In this document: positions 8,599 to 19,501 of the stretch, piece by piece
Layout of the letters: every line of letters starts with the position of its first letter
How positions within the stretch are numbered: position 1 is the first letter of the stretch
NCBI GenBank assembly: GCA_014239585.1
Contig: JAAZYP010000002.1
Location: 1-59,064 of the forward strand
Direction: 5' to 3'
Source: Nanobdellota archaeon
Lineage (GTDB): Archaea; Nanobdellota; Nanobdellia; UBA10117; ARS21
DNA: 59,064 nucleotides
The notes under the pieces: model-generated
Told to the model about the DNA's origin: nothing
What the model saw: the letters and a program-made list of their open reading frames with translations, nothing else
Database searches by the model: none
Made by a program: the position numbers and the translations under genes

Positions 8599-9381
8599 AT
8601 GTTACTCGGATTTATATTACACACAATTTCATTTTCAATATTACAGTTTGGAGCAATTTGGTTATCTTTACAAAAATCAACACACGTTGAAACATTGATC
8701 CAACTATCTACAAATGAAATATTAACGTCATTTTTCATAGCAATATTTTTCATAGCAATCATATTCAAATTATCACATAGATTAAATTTAATTAAATATT
8801 TATTTTATTTTATAATTTTAATTGGAACAAAAAGTGTTTTTACAACATTTTATTCAAACACAATTTCATCAATATTATCTTTTTCAATATTAATTCTATA
8901 TTTATCTAGAAAAACAATATTTCTACATAATTTAATTTTGGGAACATCATTACTGGGAATTGCAACCACTTTAGGTGTTACGTTAAAACCAATAACTATT
9001 GTTTTAGCAATGTCAGTATTTTCGATATATGATATTATTGCAGTTTATAAATCTCAACATATGTTGAAACTTTTCAAAAATTTTTCAAATCAAGGTGCAA
9101 CACTCGCATTTATTTATCCTAAAAAATTGGGAAAATTAACTTCCAATAATTTATTTATTTTAGGAACGGGCGATGTAGCATTTCCAATGTTATTCGTTTC
9201 AGCACTAACTAATTATTCCATCGAATTGGCGGTAATTTCGGCAATCGGTGCAATAATTGGCGCAATGACCGTATTTTACTTATTAACTATCCAAAAAAAT
9301 AAACGTGCAATGCCTGCACTACCTCCAATCGCAATATGTACAATCTTACCTGTAGCAATTAAATTAATGATCTCCTTCTAA
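8599..9381 (+). CDS. presenilin/signal-peptide-peptidase-like intramembrane aspartyl protease
   Basis: Polytopic membrane protein. Carries YD (FSIYDIIAVY), GxGD (LGTGDVAFP) and PAL (AMPALPPI) motifs in the canonical order. Confidence 0.7.
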   Translation: MLLGFILHTISFSILQFGAIWLSLQKSTHVETLIQLSTNEILTSFFIAIFFIAIIFKLSHRLNLIKYLFYFIILIGTKSVFTTFYSNTISSILSFSILILYLSRKTIFLHNLILGTSLLGIATTLGVTLKPITIVLAMSVFSIYDIIAVYKSQHMLKLFKNFSNQGATLAFIYPKKLGKLTSNNLFILGTGDVAFPMLFVSALTNYSIELAVISAIGAIIGAMTVFYLLTIQKNKRAMPALPPIAICTILPVAIKLMISF

Positions 9382-10008
9382 ATCCAAAACATCTCGTATT
9401 AATTTAAATTTTTTAGGACCAAGTTTATCTACATCCAACATATCGGTTTCGTTAGCGGAAAGAATGTTCATTGGAGAATTAAATTTTTTCAATAAATTTT
9501 TTGCTAGTTTGGGACCAACCAAAGGTAAACCTTCAATTAGAAATTGCTGTTTTTCCTCCAAAGTCCAAACACGCTTCGAACCGCGAAGACCTACACTTTT
9601 ACCGCCGTCCCTTTGTTCTCGCTTAACTAAAGAACAAAGAATATTACCTGTTTCAACCTTAGAGTGAGAAAACAAAAACGGAATTTGATAATCCAATAAT
9701 AATGAAATCATTGCCGCACGTATCGCATTAGGGTGAACGTTTCTAACTTCAAACAAATTTTCTAAATTGCCTTCAATAAGATATATTGGTTTCATAAAAT
9801 TTTCTTTCAATTCTTTTGCCTGCGAAAATAACCTACCGTCTAATAATGAATTTACAAAATCAGGGACAGTTTTCAATTCAACAACAACATCTTCTGAAAT
9901 TATGAAATCTCCAACTTCCAAAGTCTGAGTATCAATTTCCAAACCGAGATCATAAAGAATTCTTGGTAAAGAACCACGTGCTTCACGATGATCAATTATT
10001 ATTTTCAC
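9364..10008 (-). CDS. XPF/Hef-type ERCC4 nuclease with a C-terminal (HhH)2 domain
   Basis: IIIDHRE...VGDFIIS...VVVELKTVPDFVNSLLDGRLFSQ is the ERCC4 signature with ELK in place of ERK. Two HhH elements (LPLVGPKLAKNLL, VDKLGPKKFKLI). Confidence 0.85.
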   Translation of the reverse strand: MKIIIDHREARGSLPRILYDLGLEIDTQTLEVGDFIISEDVVVELKTVPDFVNSLLDGRLFSQAKELKENFMKPIYLIEGNLENLFEVRNVHPNAIRAAMISLLLDYQIPFLFSHSKVETGNILCSLVKREQRDGGKSVGLRGSKRVWTLEEKQQFLIEGLPLVGPKLAKNLLKKFNSPMNILSANETDMLDVDKLGPKKFKLIRDVLDLEGDH

Positions 10009-11434
10009 GTCTTAACAGCTCCTTCATTTTTCGTTCTTTATGATATGAAACCCAATAATATTTTTCATCAATTGTATTTTTAGTAATTAATAAATAAATT
10101 TTACCAATATTTATTCTACCAATACGGCCTCGGCGTTGAATCATCCTTAATGCGGAAGGAACAGGTTCATAAAATATTCCAATATCAGCATTTTCAATAT
10201 GTATTCCTTCTTCAGAAACACTTGTAGCAACTAAAACATTAAACTTTCCCAATTTATAGTCATTTAGTGTTTCAAGCTGCCGTTTCTGCGTTAATCCACC
10301 CTTCTGACCAACAAAAGCCTTTGCCTTGGCACCAGATTTAGAATTTATAACTTCAACTAATTCATCAACCGTATTCCGATATTGTGAAAAAATTATAACT
10401 TTTTTATGATCGTCAATTAATTCCAAAATACAATTCATTTTACTATGAGGTGTATCCTTCAATTTTGAAGATAATAACTTAATTCGTGAGTATCTCCAAT
10501 CATCAACAATTTTTTTAGAGGCCTTAGTTTTTGAAATCTGAGATTCAATTTTAGCCAAAGCCTCATTAAATGATTTATAAGATTGTGTTTCAAGCATTTC
10601 AATTAAATGCAATAATTTTATGCACACAGTTACGGTTGAAATAAGAAAAAATATTTCCGGTTCTTTATCTTGTTGCGAAAAAAGTTGTTTCTGAATAAGC
10701 AAGAGTTGAGTTTTTCGTAGTTTAGATTCATCACGCGATTTAATTAAATTTTTTAGAAATAAAATAGACATATTGTCCGATAATATCTGCTTCAATAATT
10801 TTGAAATTTCCAATTGAGTGACAGTCAATTCAACAAATATTTTCTCCTCAGATTTATTTTTAATATATTTCGTTAGTGACTGTTCAGCCCTAAATTCGAA
10901 ATGTTCAATATATAAATTATTGCGGATATCCCTTAATCTATCGTTTGTCGAAGCCGGACTAGCACTCATCGCCAAAATTTGCGAAGTTTCATTAAACTGC
11001 TTAGCTAACCAAGTGTAAGCATAATTACCCACTGCACGATGTGCTTCATCAAAAACAATCAATGAAAATTCAGCTGGATTAAAATAACGTTTAATTAAAT
11101 CAGATTCAACAGTCTGAGGTGTTGCGCAAATTATTTTCGAATTTTCCCAAAGGTCTTTACGCAATAAAGGTGGTGTCGCACCAGTTAAAACATTAATTTC
11201 ATCCACTTCATCAAAATATTCATCAAAACTAGCTTTATGCTGAACCACTAAAGGTTTAGTTGGAGCCATCATTAATATTTTACCACCTTTTATTTTCATA
11301 CCTGCCAATGCGATTGCAACAATAGTTTTTCCAGAACCAGTTGGTAAAACTACAAAAGAATTTTTATCATGAATTTTCCCCAAAACTTGTTCTTGATAAG
11401 GTCTTAAATTTAATTTATCGGCGATAAGATGCAT
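9992..11434 (-). CDS. hef: Hef/FANCM-like SF2 helicase (helicase half of Hef)
   Basis: LRPYQE, Walker A PTGSGKT, DEAH box (VFDEAH), SASP, and motif VI QRRGRIGR. Overlaps the downstream ERCC4 nuclease ORF by 17 nt. Confidence 0.85.
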   Translation of the reverse strand: MHLIADKLNLRPYQEQVLGKIHDKNSFVVLPTGSGKTIVAIALAGMKIKGGKILMMAPTKPLVVQHKASFDEYFDEVDEINVLTGATPPLLRKDLWENSKIICATPQTVESDLIKRYFNPAEFSLIVFDEAHRAVGNYAYTWLAKQFNETSQILAMSASPASTNDRLRDIRNNLYIEHFEFRAEQSLTKYIKNKSEEKIFVELTVTQLEISKLLKQILSDNMSILFLKNLIKSRDESKLRKTQLLLIQKQLFSQQDKEPEIFFLISTVTVCIKLLHLIEMLETQSYKSFNEALAKIESQISKTKASKKIVDDWRYSRIKLLSSKLKDTPHSKMNCILELIDDHKKVIIFSQYRNTVDELVEVINSKSGAKAKAFVGQKGGLTQKRQLETLNDYKLGKFNVLVATSVSEEGIHIENADIGIFYEPVPSALRMIQRRGRIGRINIGKIYLLITKNTIDEKYYWVSYHKERKMKELLRRENNN

Positions 11435-12090
11435 TATAATTTTGAAACAAATTTCTTTAAACTACTTTTATGTCCTGCACCGATGATAACTAATATTTTT
11501 GAGTCAGGAAAATTTTGAACAATAGAAGATATTTGATTTTGCATATATCTGTCTCTATCTGAAACTAATGCTTTGTAAAAATTAGGAAATTTATGCTTCA
11601 TCTCAAGAACTAATTTTTTTACTACAGATTCTTTAGGAACACTCTTCAGATCAAATTTAATTTTATTGCGACTAAACAATCCACCAAATAATACGTAACT
11701 AAACAACTTCAATTTTTCGATAAATGGAACATTTCTTGACAAATTCCGTAAAGTAATTGAAATATCTTGATCAATCAATGCAACTTTTGCACCTACACGT
11801 TTAGCTTCAAGGATTGCAGTTCGCATATCCACTCCGGGTTTTGAACCAACACGCTTTCCCAAATATTTTTGAGAGACCGAACCAATTAAATAAAAAATAA
11901 AACCAAATAATCCCAACTTCCTAATTTGAGATAATTGTATTTTACCTTTCGTTTTCCGAAATAAAGTTTTATAGCGATTAATATCTAATTCAACACAAAC
12001 AATATCTGGATTGAAGTCAATTATCTGCGTTTTTATTTCAAAGGCACTATCTTTCGAGATGTGCGATGTTCCAATAATCTTTATTTCCAT
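11434..12090 (-). CDS. TraB/PrgY-family protein
   Basis: N-terminal IIGTSHISKDS, followed by DIVCVELD and a GAGH motif near the C-terminus. Shares 1 nt with the hef start. Confidence 0.7.
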   Translation of the reverse strand: MEIKIIGTSHISKDSAFEIKTQIIDFNPDIVCVELDINRYKTLFRKTKGKIQLSQIRKLGLFGFIFYLIGSVSQKYLGKRVGSKPGVDMRTAILEAKRVGAKVALIDQDISITLRNLSRNVPFIEKLKLFSYVLFGGLFSRNKIKFDLKSVPKESVVKKLVLEMKHKFPNFYKALVSDRDRYMQNQISSIVQNFPDSKILVIIGAGHKSSLKKFVSKL

Positions 12091-12138
12091 ATACTAATGA
12101 CTAGAAACATTTAAATTTATAAAAGCTATTTTAACAAT

Positions 12139-12399
12139 ATGTTAGTAACTAAAAATCTAAATAGCGTAACTGGAATTGATGTTTATACGGATTCAGGAGA
12201 ATTTTTTGGAAAAATAGAAGAAGCAATTTTACATTCAAATAAAATTGATTCATGGCGAGTTAGAGCAACTTCCCGATCATATTTAGCTAAAGCAATGCCT
12301 AGTGCAAAAGGGGTAATCTTACCACATCACCACGTAAAAGCAATCGGTGATATCATGGTAATTTCTCGAGCCGCAGCACCAGCATATCGCGACGAATAG
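12139..12399 (+). CDS. PRC-barrel domain protein
   Basis: 86 aa. GIDVYTDSGEFFGKIEEAIL...ILPHHHVKAIGDIMVIS. A paralogue-like relative of the ORF at 102-377. Confidence 0.6.
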   Translation: MLVTKNLNSVTGIDVYTDSGEFFGKIEEAILHSNKIDSWRVRATSRSYLAKAMPSAKGVILPHHHVKAIGDIMVISRAAAPAYRDE

Positions 12400-12443
12400 T
12401 GTCAATCTGATAGCTTTAAAAATTTTTACCAATGCATTTCTAA

Positions 12444-14267
12444 ATGCGTTTTAAAGATTCCTCGAAATTATCCGTACCGAAGGATTTAATAAATAAAATT
12501 ATCGGTCAATCTAAAGCAGTTTCATTAATTAAGAAAGCATCAAAACAAAGAAGACATATTTTATTAATTGGCGATCCTGGAACCGGAAAATCAATGCTCG
12601 GTCAAGCATTATCTCATCTAATTCCGAATGAATCATTAAGAGATATTTTAATTTTACCGAATAATTCTGATGAAAATACACCACTCGTTAGACCAATTAA
12701 TTCAGGTAGGGGCAAAGAATTACTCTTCCGTGCTAGAGAGAATGCATCAGTTTCAATAAAAAGACAGTCTTGGATTTTTACAATATTTGCAATTTTGGCA
12801 CTTATGTTACCATGGTGGTTAAGAACAATTTATGGAGATATAATGGCAGCAGCATCGCTTATTTCGGGAATGATGTTTTTGATGATTTATGCAATATCAA
12901 TAAATATGGTTTCAAAAAAACAAAAAACTAATGAACCTAAATTATTGATAGATACAAGTAAAATAAGGAAAGCACCATTTATTGATGCAACAGGTGCACA
13001 TGCAGGTGCACTTTTCGGAGACGTTAGACATGATCCATTTCAGTCAGGAGGATTAGGAACGCCTGCACATTTAAGAGTTGAACCTGGAATGATTCATCGT
13101 GCAAATAAAGGAGTATTATTCATTGATGAAGTTGCAACACTAAATCCTATAACTCAACAAGATTTACTTACTGCAATGCAAGAGAAAAAATATTCAATCA
13201 CGGGAAAATCTGAACGATCGGCAGGTGCAATGGTTCGAACTGAACCAGTGCCATGCGATTTCATTTTAGTGGCAGCGGGAAACATAGATACGATCAAAAA
13301 AATGCATCCTGCACTAAGATCGCGAATTCGAGGATATGGTTATGAAATTGTTATGGAGAACGAAATTGAAGATACTCCTAAAAATAGAGAATTATATTAC
13401 CAATTTATTGCTCAAGAAGTTATTAAAGATGGTAAAATTCCACATTTTTCTAAAAAAGCATGTGACTCAGTAATTCGAATTGCACGCAAGATGTCGGGAA
13501 AGAAAAACAAATTAACCCTCAGATTCAGAGAATTAGGAGGATTAATTCGGGCAGCAGGAGATTTAGCCAAAGAACAAAAATCCAAATTAGTTGAAATAAA
13601 ACATGTAAAATCTGCAACTTTAATTTCAAAAACGTTGGAACAACAACTTGCCGATAAACACATAAAACACGTTAGTGAATATCGCGTTGTAAGAAATCAA
13701 GGTGAGGAGATTGGAAGAGTAAATGGTTTAGCAGTAATTGGTCAATCAGGAATAGTATTACCGATTGAAGCAGAATTAACTCCTGGAGGAAAAAAGAAAG
13801 AAATCATTGCAACAGGTCAATTAGGAAAAATCGCCAAAGAAGCAATCGAAAACGTTTCAGCAATCATTATGAAAGTATTTTCCAAAGACATAAAAGAAAA
13901 ATATGACATTTATGTACAATTTATTCAGACATATTCTGGTGTGGAGGGAGATTCTGCCTCAGTATCTGTAGCAACTGCAATAATTTCGGCATTAAGTAAA
14001 ATTCCAGTCAGACAAGATGTTGCAATGACTGGAAGTTTATCAATCCGAGGTGAAGTGTTACCGATAGGTGGAGTTACTGCAAAAATTGAAGCAGCAATAA
14101 ATTCAGGAATTAAAGAAGTTATAATTCCCGAAGCAAATGCGGAAGACATTGTATTGGATAAACTCCAACTTTCAAAAATAAAAATACATACTGCGGCAAG
14201 AATTGAAGATGTTCTCAGATTATCAATGAATAAGCGAAAAACTAAAAAAATATTATCTAAATTTTAA
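12444..14267 (+). CDS. lonB: archaeal membrane-bound Lon protease (LonB)
   Basis: Walker A GDPGTGKS. Hydrophobic insertion inside the AAA module ([16 protein letters not shown]...MMFLMIYAI). Walker B LFIDE. Protease domain with GDSAS catalytic Ser. Confidence 0.93.
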   Translation: MRFKDSSKLSVPKDLINKIIGQSKAVSLIKKASKQRRHILLIGDPGTGKSMLGQALSHLIPNESLRDILILPNNSDENTPLVRPINSGRGKELLFRARENASVSIKRQSWIFTIFAILALMLPWWLRTIYGDIMAAASLISGMMFLMIYAISINMVSKKQKTNEPKLLIDTSKIRKAPFIDATGAHAGALFGDVRHDPFQSGGLGTPAHLRVEPGMIHRANKGVLFIDEVATLNPITQQDLLTAMQEKKYSITGKSERSAGAMVRTEPVPCDFILVAAGNIDTIKKMHPALRSRIRGYGYEIVMENEIEDTPKNRELYYQFIAQEVIKDGKIPHFSKKACDSVIRIARKMSGKKNKLTLRFRELGGLIRAAGDLAKEQKSKLVEIKHVKSATLISKTLEQQLADKHIKHVSEYRVVRNQGEEIGRVNGLAVIGQSGIVLPIEAELTPGGKKKEIIATGQLGKIAKEAIENVSAIIMKVFSKDIKEKYDIYVQFIQTYSGVEGDSASVSVATAIISALSKIPVRQDVAMTGSLSIRGEVLPIGGVTAKIEAAINSGIKEVIIPEANAEDIVLDKLQLSKIKIHTAARIEDVLRLSMNKRKTKKILSKF

Positions 14268-14457
14268 AAAATGATAAAAATTGACGATAAAAAGATTGGA
14301 AGAATCAATCTTGTGCTCAAAAAATCCAGTTTTAGTGATATCGATGCGTTCATAAATCACGCAATTGAGCTATTACTTTTTGCTGAAGAAAATAAAGACA
14401 AATTCGATAAATTGACGCGTTAGCAATCCTTAAAAATATTCAACTAGAAAATTCTAT

Positions 14458-15729
14458 ATGTTAGATATTAAATTATTTAGAGAAAATCCAGATATCATTA
14501 AAGAATCAGAAAAACGCAGATTCAAAGACCCGAAACTAATAACTGAAGTTATAAAATATGATAATTTGTGGCGTAAAGAAATTGCAAAATTGTCCAAATT
14601 AAGGTCTATAAAAAATATAGTTTCTCGAGAAATAAATCAATTAAAAAAGGCTGGAAAAAGCGCAAATTCAAAAATAAAGGCAATGCGAGATAATTCGGAA
14701 AAAATTTCAAAAATAAACACTAAATCTAAAAAATATCTTCAATTAAGGGACGAATTCCGATATAAAGTGGGAAATATTCTTGATGAATCAGTACCAATCG
14801 GAAAAGATGAATCTGGAAATGTAGTTGTCAGAAAAGTAGGTAAACCAACAAAATTTAGATTCAAACCTAAGCATCAAGCCGATTTAATTAAAATTATTGA
14901 TGGCGCAGATTTAGATCGAGCATCAAAATATTCCGGATCAAGATTTTATTATCTTAAGAATGAATTAGCATTACTAAATTTAGCATTAATGCAGTATGCA
15001 ATGAATAAATTAGTTAAATTTGGATTTACTCCAATGACAACGCCAGTTATGTTGAGACATGCTCCTATGAAAGCAGCCGCAGAATTAGGAGACTTTGAAG
15101 AACAATTATATAAAATTGAAGGTGAAGATGCATTTCTTATTGCAACCAGTGAACAAACTTTGGCAGTATATCACATGAACGAAGTTTTAACATACAAAGA
15201 TTTACCAAAAGCATATTCTGCATATTCTCTATGTTTTAGAAAGGAAGCGGGAAGCCACGGAAAAGATACGAAAGGAATTTTTAGAGTACACCAATTTGAT
15301 AAAATTGAACAATATGTTTTCTGTCATCCAGATGAATCCAAAAAATGGCACGGAAAAATGATAAAGGTGACTGAAGAATTATTCAAAGGATTAGAAATTC
15401 CGTATCAAGTTGTAAATATCGCTTCCGGAGATATGAATGATAATGGTGCCAAAAAATATGATATTGAGGGATGGTTCCCTGCACAAAATACTTATCGAGA
15501 ATTATGTTCCGGAACAAATTGTACTGATTACCAAGCAAGAAAATTAAATGTGAAGTTTGACGATCGAGATGGAAACAGAAAGATAGTTCATACTTTAAAT
15601 TGCACAGCATTAGCAACTGAAAGAACAATTGCATGTCTAATTGAAAATCATCAAAACAAAGATGGTTCGATTAATATTCCAAAAGCACTTTGGAAATATA
15701 CTGGTTTCAAAACTATAAAACCAAAATGA
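14458..15729 (+). CDS. serS: seryl-tRNA synthetase
   Basis: N-terminal coiled-coil arm. Class II motifs (FRKEAGSHGKDTKGIFRVHQFDKIE; GTNCTDYQARKL; ATERTIA). Confidence 0.95.
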   Translation: MLDIKLFRENPDIIKESEKRRFKDPKLITEVIKYDNLWRKEIAKLSKLRSIKNIVSREINQLKKAGKSANSKIKAMRDNSEKISKINTKSKKYLQLRDEFRYKVGNILDESVPIGKDESGNVVVRKVGKPTKFRFKPKHQADLIKIIDGADLDRASKYSGSRFYYLKNELALLNLALMQYAMNKLVKFGFTPMTTPVMLRHAPMKAAAELGDFEEQLYKIEGEDAFLIATSEQTLAVYHMNEVLTYKDLPKAYSAYSLCFRKEAGSHGKDTKGIFRVHQFDKIEQYVFCHPDESKKWHGKMIKVTEELFKGLEIPYQVVNIASGDMNDNGAKKYDIEGWFPAQNTYRELCSGTNCTDYQARKLNVKFDDRDGNRKIVHTLNCTALATERTIACLIENHQNKDGSINIPKALWKYTGFKTIKPK

Positions 15730-16334
15730 AAATTTTAGCATTTACAGACACACATTCAGATAAGAAACATATCGAAAATTTAAAAAAAGCTTATTTGAAA
15801 AATAAACCTGATTTACTAATTTGTGCGGGAGACTTCACGGAAATGGGTAAAGATATAGTACTGAATATTAAAAAGTTACATTTTGGTAAAAAATTATTAT
15901 TTATCCCAGGAAATCATGAAGAACACAAAAACTTTGATAGTGATATTAAAAATATAATTTCAATACATAATAGTTCTTATGAATACAAAAATATTTTATT
16001 TTTAGGTTGTGGAGGCGGTTTTTATGGAAAAAACGAAGAAAACTTATCAAAATCAAATAAGCAATTGGAAAAAATGATAAAACTTTTTAGAAAAAATGAT
16101 AAGACCAAACGAGTTGTTATGGTTACACATAGACCGCCTTACAAAAATACTTGCGATTATATGCCTGAACTTCAAGAACATGTAGGAGCAAAAAATATTA
16201 GAAGTTTTTTAATTAAAAATAAAATAAATTTAAGTTTATGTGGACATATTCATGAATGTTTTGGAAACTCAGATCAAATTGAAGAAACATTAGTTATAAA
16301 TCCCGGACCAAACGGAGCAATAATTGACATATAA
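15726..16334 (+). CDS. calcineurin-like metallophosphoesterase
   Basis: MKILAFTDTHSD, GDFTE, GNHEE, GHIHE. I prefer ATG 15726 (ATGA overlap with the serS stop) over the track start 15690. Confidence 0.8.
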   Translation: MKILAFTDTHSDKKHIENLKKAYLKNKPDLLICAGDFTEMGKDIVLNIKKLHFGKKLLFIPGNHEEHKNFDSDIKNIISIHNSSYEYKNILFLGCGGGFYGKNEENLSKSNKQLEKMIKLFRKNDKTKRVVMVTHRPPYKNTCDYMPELQEHVGAKNIRSFLIKNKINLSLCGHIHECFGNSDQIEETLVINPGPNGAIIDI

Positions 16335-18349
16335 TGGAATTAATTATTGCAGAAAAACCAAGTGCAGCAATAAAAATTGCTCAAAGTATTGGAAAATTTA
16401 AAACTCAAATTCGTAAACGAGTTAAATATTATGAATCTCACGACGGAAGAATTGTTATCGTCCCAGCAGTAGGACATTTGTTCGGATTAACTAAAAATGA
16501 AAGATTTTATCCAGTTTTCAATTTAAAATGGGAACCATCTTTTAAAAAATCCAAAACTTCGGCATTTTCAAAACCTTATTTTGAATTAATTAAATCGTTT
16601 AAGAAGAAAGCTGACGAGATTACTGTCGCCACAGATTATGATTTAGAAGGAGAAGTAATTGGACTGAATATTGTTCGCGAATTATTGGGAAAAAAGGACG
16701 CAAATAGAATGAAATTTTCTACTTTAACTAAAGATGAATTAAATTCAGCATATAATTCTAAATCAAATACCTTAAACTGGGGTCAAGCAAATGCGGGGAT
16801 TGTAAGGCACACCTTAGATTGGTATTACGGAATAAACTTGTCGCAAATAATTGCATCTTCAGTATCAAAGGCATTAAATCGATATCAACCGATGAGTATT
16901 GGTCGTGTTCAAGGACCAATTTTAGCAATTTTAGTTGAGAAAGAATTACTAATTAAAAAATTTAAATCAGAACCATTTTGGCAAATATTTGCAAATTTAT
17001 GGTTAAATAAACAAGCAATCAAAGCTACTTATGAAAAAGACAAATTCTTCAGTAAATCTGAAGCGCAAAAAATATTTTCAAAAATTAAAGAAAACGATGC
17101 AACAATTTCCGATATTAAAAAATCCAAACAAATTATATCACCACCCGTTCCATTTGATTTAACAAGCTTACAACTCGAAGCATACAGATTATTCAAATAT
17201 TCACCATCAATGACTTTAAAATTAGCTCAAACTCTCTATTCAAATGCATATATTTCTTACCCTCGAACTTCATCTCAGAAATTACCAAAAGCACTGAATT
17301 TCAGAAAAATTCTTAAAAAATTATCTTCTAATCCGAAATATACTTTATTTACAAATGAAGTTTTATCTACGAAATTAATTCCTAATGAAGGCAAGAAAAT
17401 TGATCCGGCTCACCCCGCAATACACCCAACAGGTGAAAAACCAGGAAAGTTATCGCCCTATGAACTAAAAATCTATGATTTAATTGTAAAAAGATTCTTT
17501 TCAGTGTTTGGCGAAGTCGGAGAACGAGAATCCACGCTAGTTAAAATGGAGATAAATAATGAAATTTTCAAATTTGCCGGCGTAATAACTACGAAACGAG
17601 GATGGATGAAATTATATGGTTCGTATGCAAATCGAAAAGAAATAGAATTACCGGATTTAAAAATTGGTCAAGTTCTCAAACAAAATTCCGAATTAGCTGA
17701 CAAAGAAACTCAACCTCCGGCAAGATACACAACTGCATCATTAATCAAATTATTGGAACAAGAGGGTCTCGGAACTAAATCAACCAGATCTTCAATTATA
17801 GAAACACTAGTAAAACGAAATTATATTCAAGGCAATCCGATTGAAGTAACTGATTTCGGAATGAACGTATATTACACATTCAAAAAATTTTCCCCAGAAA
17901 TATTATCTGTAAAATTAACTAGAAAATTTGATAAGGCAATGGAAAATGTGAGTACGGGGAAAATATCTTCGGATGACGTTATTCTTGCAGCACAAAAATC
18001 CATAACAAAGTACTATGCAAAATTAAAGGATAATACGATAAAAATTGGAGAAGTTCTGTCCAAATCATTTGTAACAACTAAAAAGAAAAATGTGGAACTA
18101 TTTCCACATGATTGTGGTAAGATGTTAGTTGTACGAAGATCACGCGCCAGTAAAAAGAGATTCATTGCATGTAGCGGATATCCGAAATGTAAATTTACTT
18201 GGCCATTACCTCAAAAAGGTACATTATCTGTAACAAAGAATAAATGCGATGAATGTAAAACAATTATGTTACAGACTCGACATCGAAATCGTCCCTGGAA
18301 ATTCTGTCCAAATCCAGATTGCAAATCTAAAGATGAAAAAACCAAATAG
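16334..18349 (+). CDS. topA: type IA DNA topoisomerase
   Basis: TOPRIM (LIIAEKPS, DYDLEGE). Catalytic Tyr context ISYPRTSS. C-terminal Cys4 zinc ribbons (CSGYPKC, CDECK...CPNPDC). Confidence 0.93.
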   Translation: MELIIAEKPSAAIKIAQSIGKFKTQIRKRVKYYESHDGRIVIVPAVGHLFGLTKNERFYPVFNLKWEPSFKKSKTSAFSKPYFELIKSFKKKADEITVATDYDLEGEVIGLNIVRELLGKKDANRMKFSTLTKDELNSAYNSKSNTLNWGQANAGIVRHTLDWYYGINLSQIIASSVSKALNRYQPMSIGRVQGPILAILVEKELLIKKFKSEPFWQIFANLWLNKQAIKATYEKDKFFSKSEAQKIFSKIKENDATISDIKKSKQIISPPVPFDLTSLQLEAYRLFKYSPSMTLKLAQTLYSNAYISYPRTSSQKLPKALNFRKILKKLSSNPKYTLFTNEVLSTKLIPNEGKKIDPAHPAIHPTGEKPGKLSPYELKIYDLIVKRFFSVFGEVGERESTLVKMEINNEIFKFAGVITTKRGWMKLYGSYANRKEIELPDLKIGQVLKQNSELADKETQPPARYTTASLIKLLEQEGLGTKSTRSSIIETLVKRNYIQGNPIEVTDFGMNVYYTFKKFSPEILSVKLTRKFDKAMENVSTGKISSDDVILAAQKSITKYYAKLKDNTIKIGEVLSKSFVTTKKKNVELFPHDCGKMLVVRRSRASKKRFIACSGYPKCKFTWPLPQKGTLSVTKNKCDECKTIMLQTRHRNRPWKFCPNPDCKSKDEKTK

Positions 18350-18469
18350 TGTTGAAGAAGATTTAGAAAATTTTGATGAATCAGAATTAAAACAACCAAA
18401 CCATCATTTCAAAAAAATATGGATAATTGCATCGTTTATGATATTAATTGTAATTGTATATTATGTATT

Positions 18470-19174
18470 CTAGAATAAACTAAATTTCTTAGAACCACTT
18501 GCCTCAATTATGTCTTCCGAAGTTATTTCAAATCTAACACGTTTAATCGGAATTGAACGATGTTTTACTAAATTCAAATATCGTCCGGTAGGAGTAAGTT
18601 CTAATTTAATAATACATTTTGAAGTATATTTCATTAAATCGCCACCAACCATTTTGATATCATCGCGTTTATCGAAATCAGCATAAACTTGATTAGTTAT
18701 TAAAATTGGAATAATTGATTCATGTGAAATTTTTCTCAAAATACCCAATTGGCGAGCCATATCTTTATTGACCGCACTCGCTTCACGCTCACCCATTTCA
18801 AGACGGTACAACATAGATATTGAATCTACGACAATTAAGACAGGTTCATGTTTTTCAACCAATTTAGTTAATTCAGCAAATACCTCGTTCTGATCAGGAA
18901 ATGAAGTTGGTTTTTTTATTATCAAGTTATCTAATCGTTTCAAATAAGTTTTAGGATACATTTGTTTAACTCGATCTACTGAAAGCCCACCTTCAGTATC
19001 AATAAAAATAACTTTACCATTTTCTGCAGACGAGAGCGCAATTAACGTTGCCAAATTAGTTTTTCCACTACCACTCGCACCATATATTGTGGTAGTAACT
19101 TCTGGCTCAAGTCCGCCTTCTAAAATATCATCAATTAAATCTGATCCAGTCGCAATTCTATTAATCATATTCAA
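18470..19174 (-). CDS. radB: RadB-type RecA/RadA paralogue
   Basis: 234 aa without an HhH N-domain. Walker A GASGSGKT, Walker B LIVVDS. Confidence 0.8.
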   Translation of the reverse strand: MNMINRIATGSDLIDDILEGGLEPEVTTTIYGASGSGKTNLATLIALSSAENGKVIFIDTEGGLSVDRVKQMYPKTYLKRLDNLIIKKPTSFPDQNEVFAELTKLVEKHEPVLIVVDSISMLYRLEMGEREASAVNKDMARQLGILRKISHESIIPILITNQVYADFDKRDDIKMVGGDLMKYTSKCIIKLELTPTGRYLNLVKHRSIPIKRVRFEITSEDIIEASGSKKFSLF

Positions 19175-19213
19175 AATGTTTAAATACGCTTATTTAAGCA
19201 ATTATATATCAAA

Positions 19214-19453
19214 ATGTCAGTTTCCGAAAACAAAAAAGTTTATATGAAAAAATACAATAATCGTGAATCTGTAAAACTAAAAAAAGCAGAGCATATGAGA
19301 AAAATCCGAAAGGAATCAAATGACGAAGCTTCAATTAGATTAGTAAATCTTTTACGAGAGTATGGTTTTGAAGATTGGGCAGTAGATATTGCACAGGAAC
19401 GCGCACCACAAATGTTGGTAACATCAAAAATCAGATCAAGAAAACGAAGATAA
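19214..19453 (+). CDS. small basic hypothetical protein
   Basis: 79-aa Lys/Arg-rich ORF. The antisense ORF 19240-19464 covers the same DNA, and the coding strand cannot be decided by eye. Confidence 0.35.
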   Translation: MSVSENKKVYMKKYNNRESVKLKKAEHMRKIRKESNDEASIRLVNLLREYGFEDWAVDIAQERAPQMLVTSKIRSRKRR

Positions 19454-19501
19454 AAAGCATCCACTCGTTCGCCTTTTAAAATTTAACGCTATTTATTAAT
19501 C

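Noticed and set aside
18249-18473. 74-aa ORF overlapping the topA 3' end
   Set aside because: The long form overlaps 100 nt of topA in another frame. Only the distal part from ATG 18329 (MKKPNSVEED...IWIIASFMILIVIVYYVF, a tail-anchored peptide) could be real, and support is too weak to call it.
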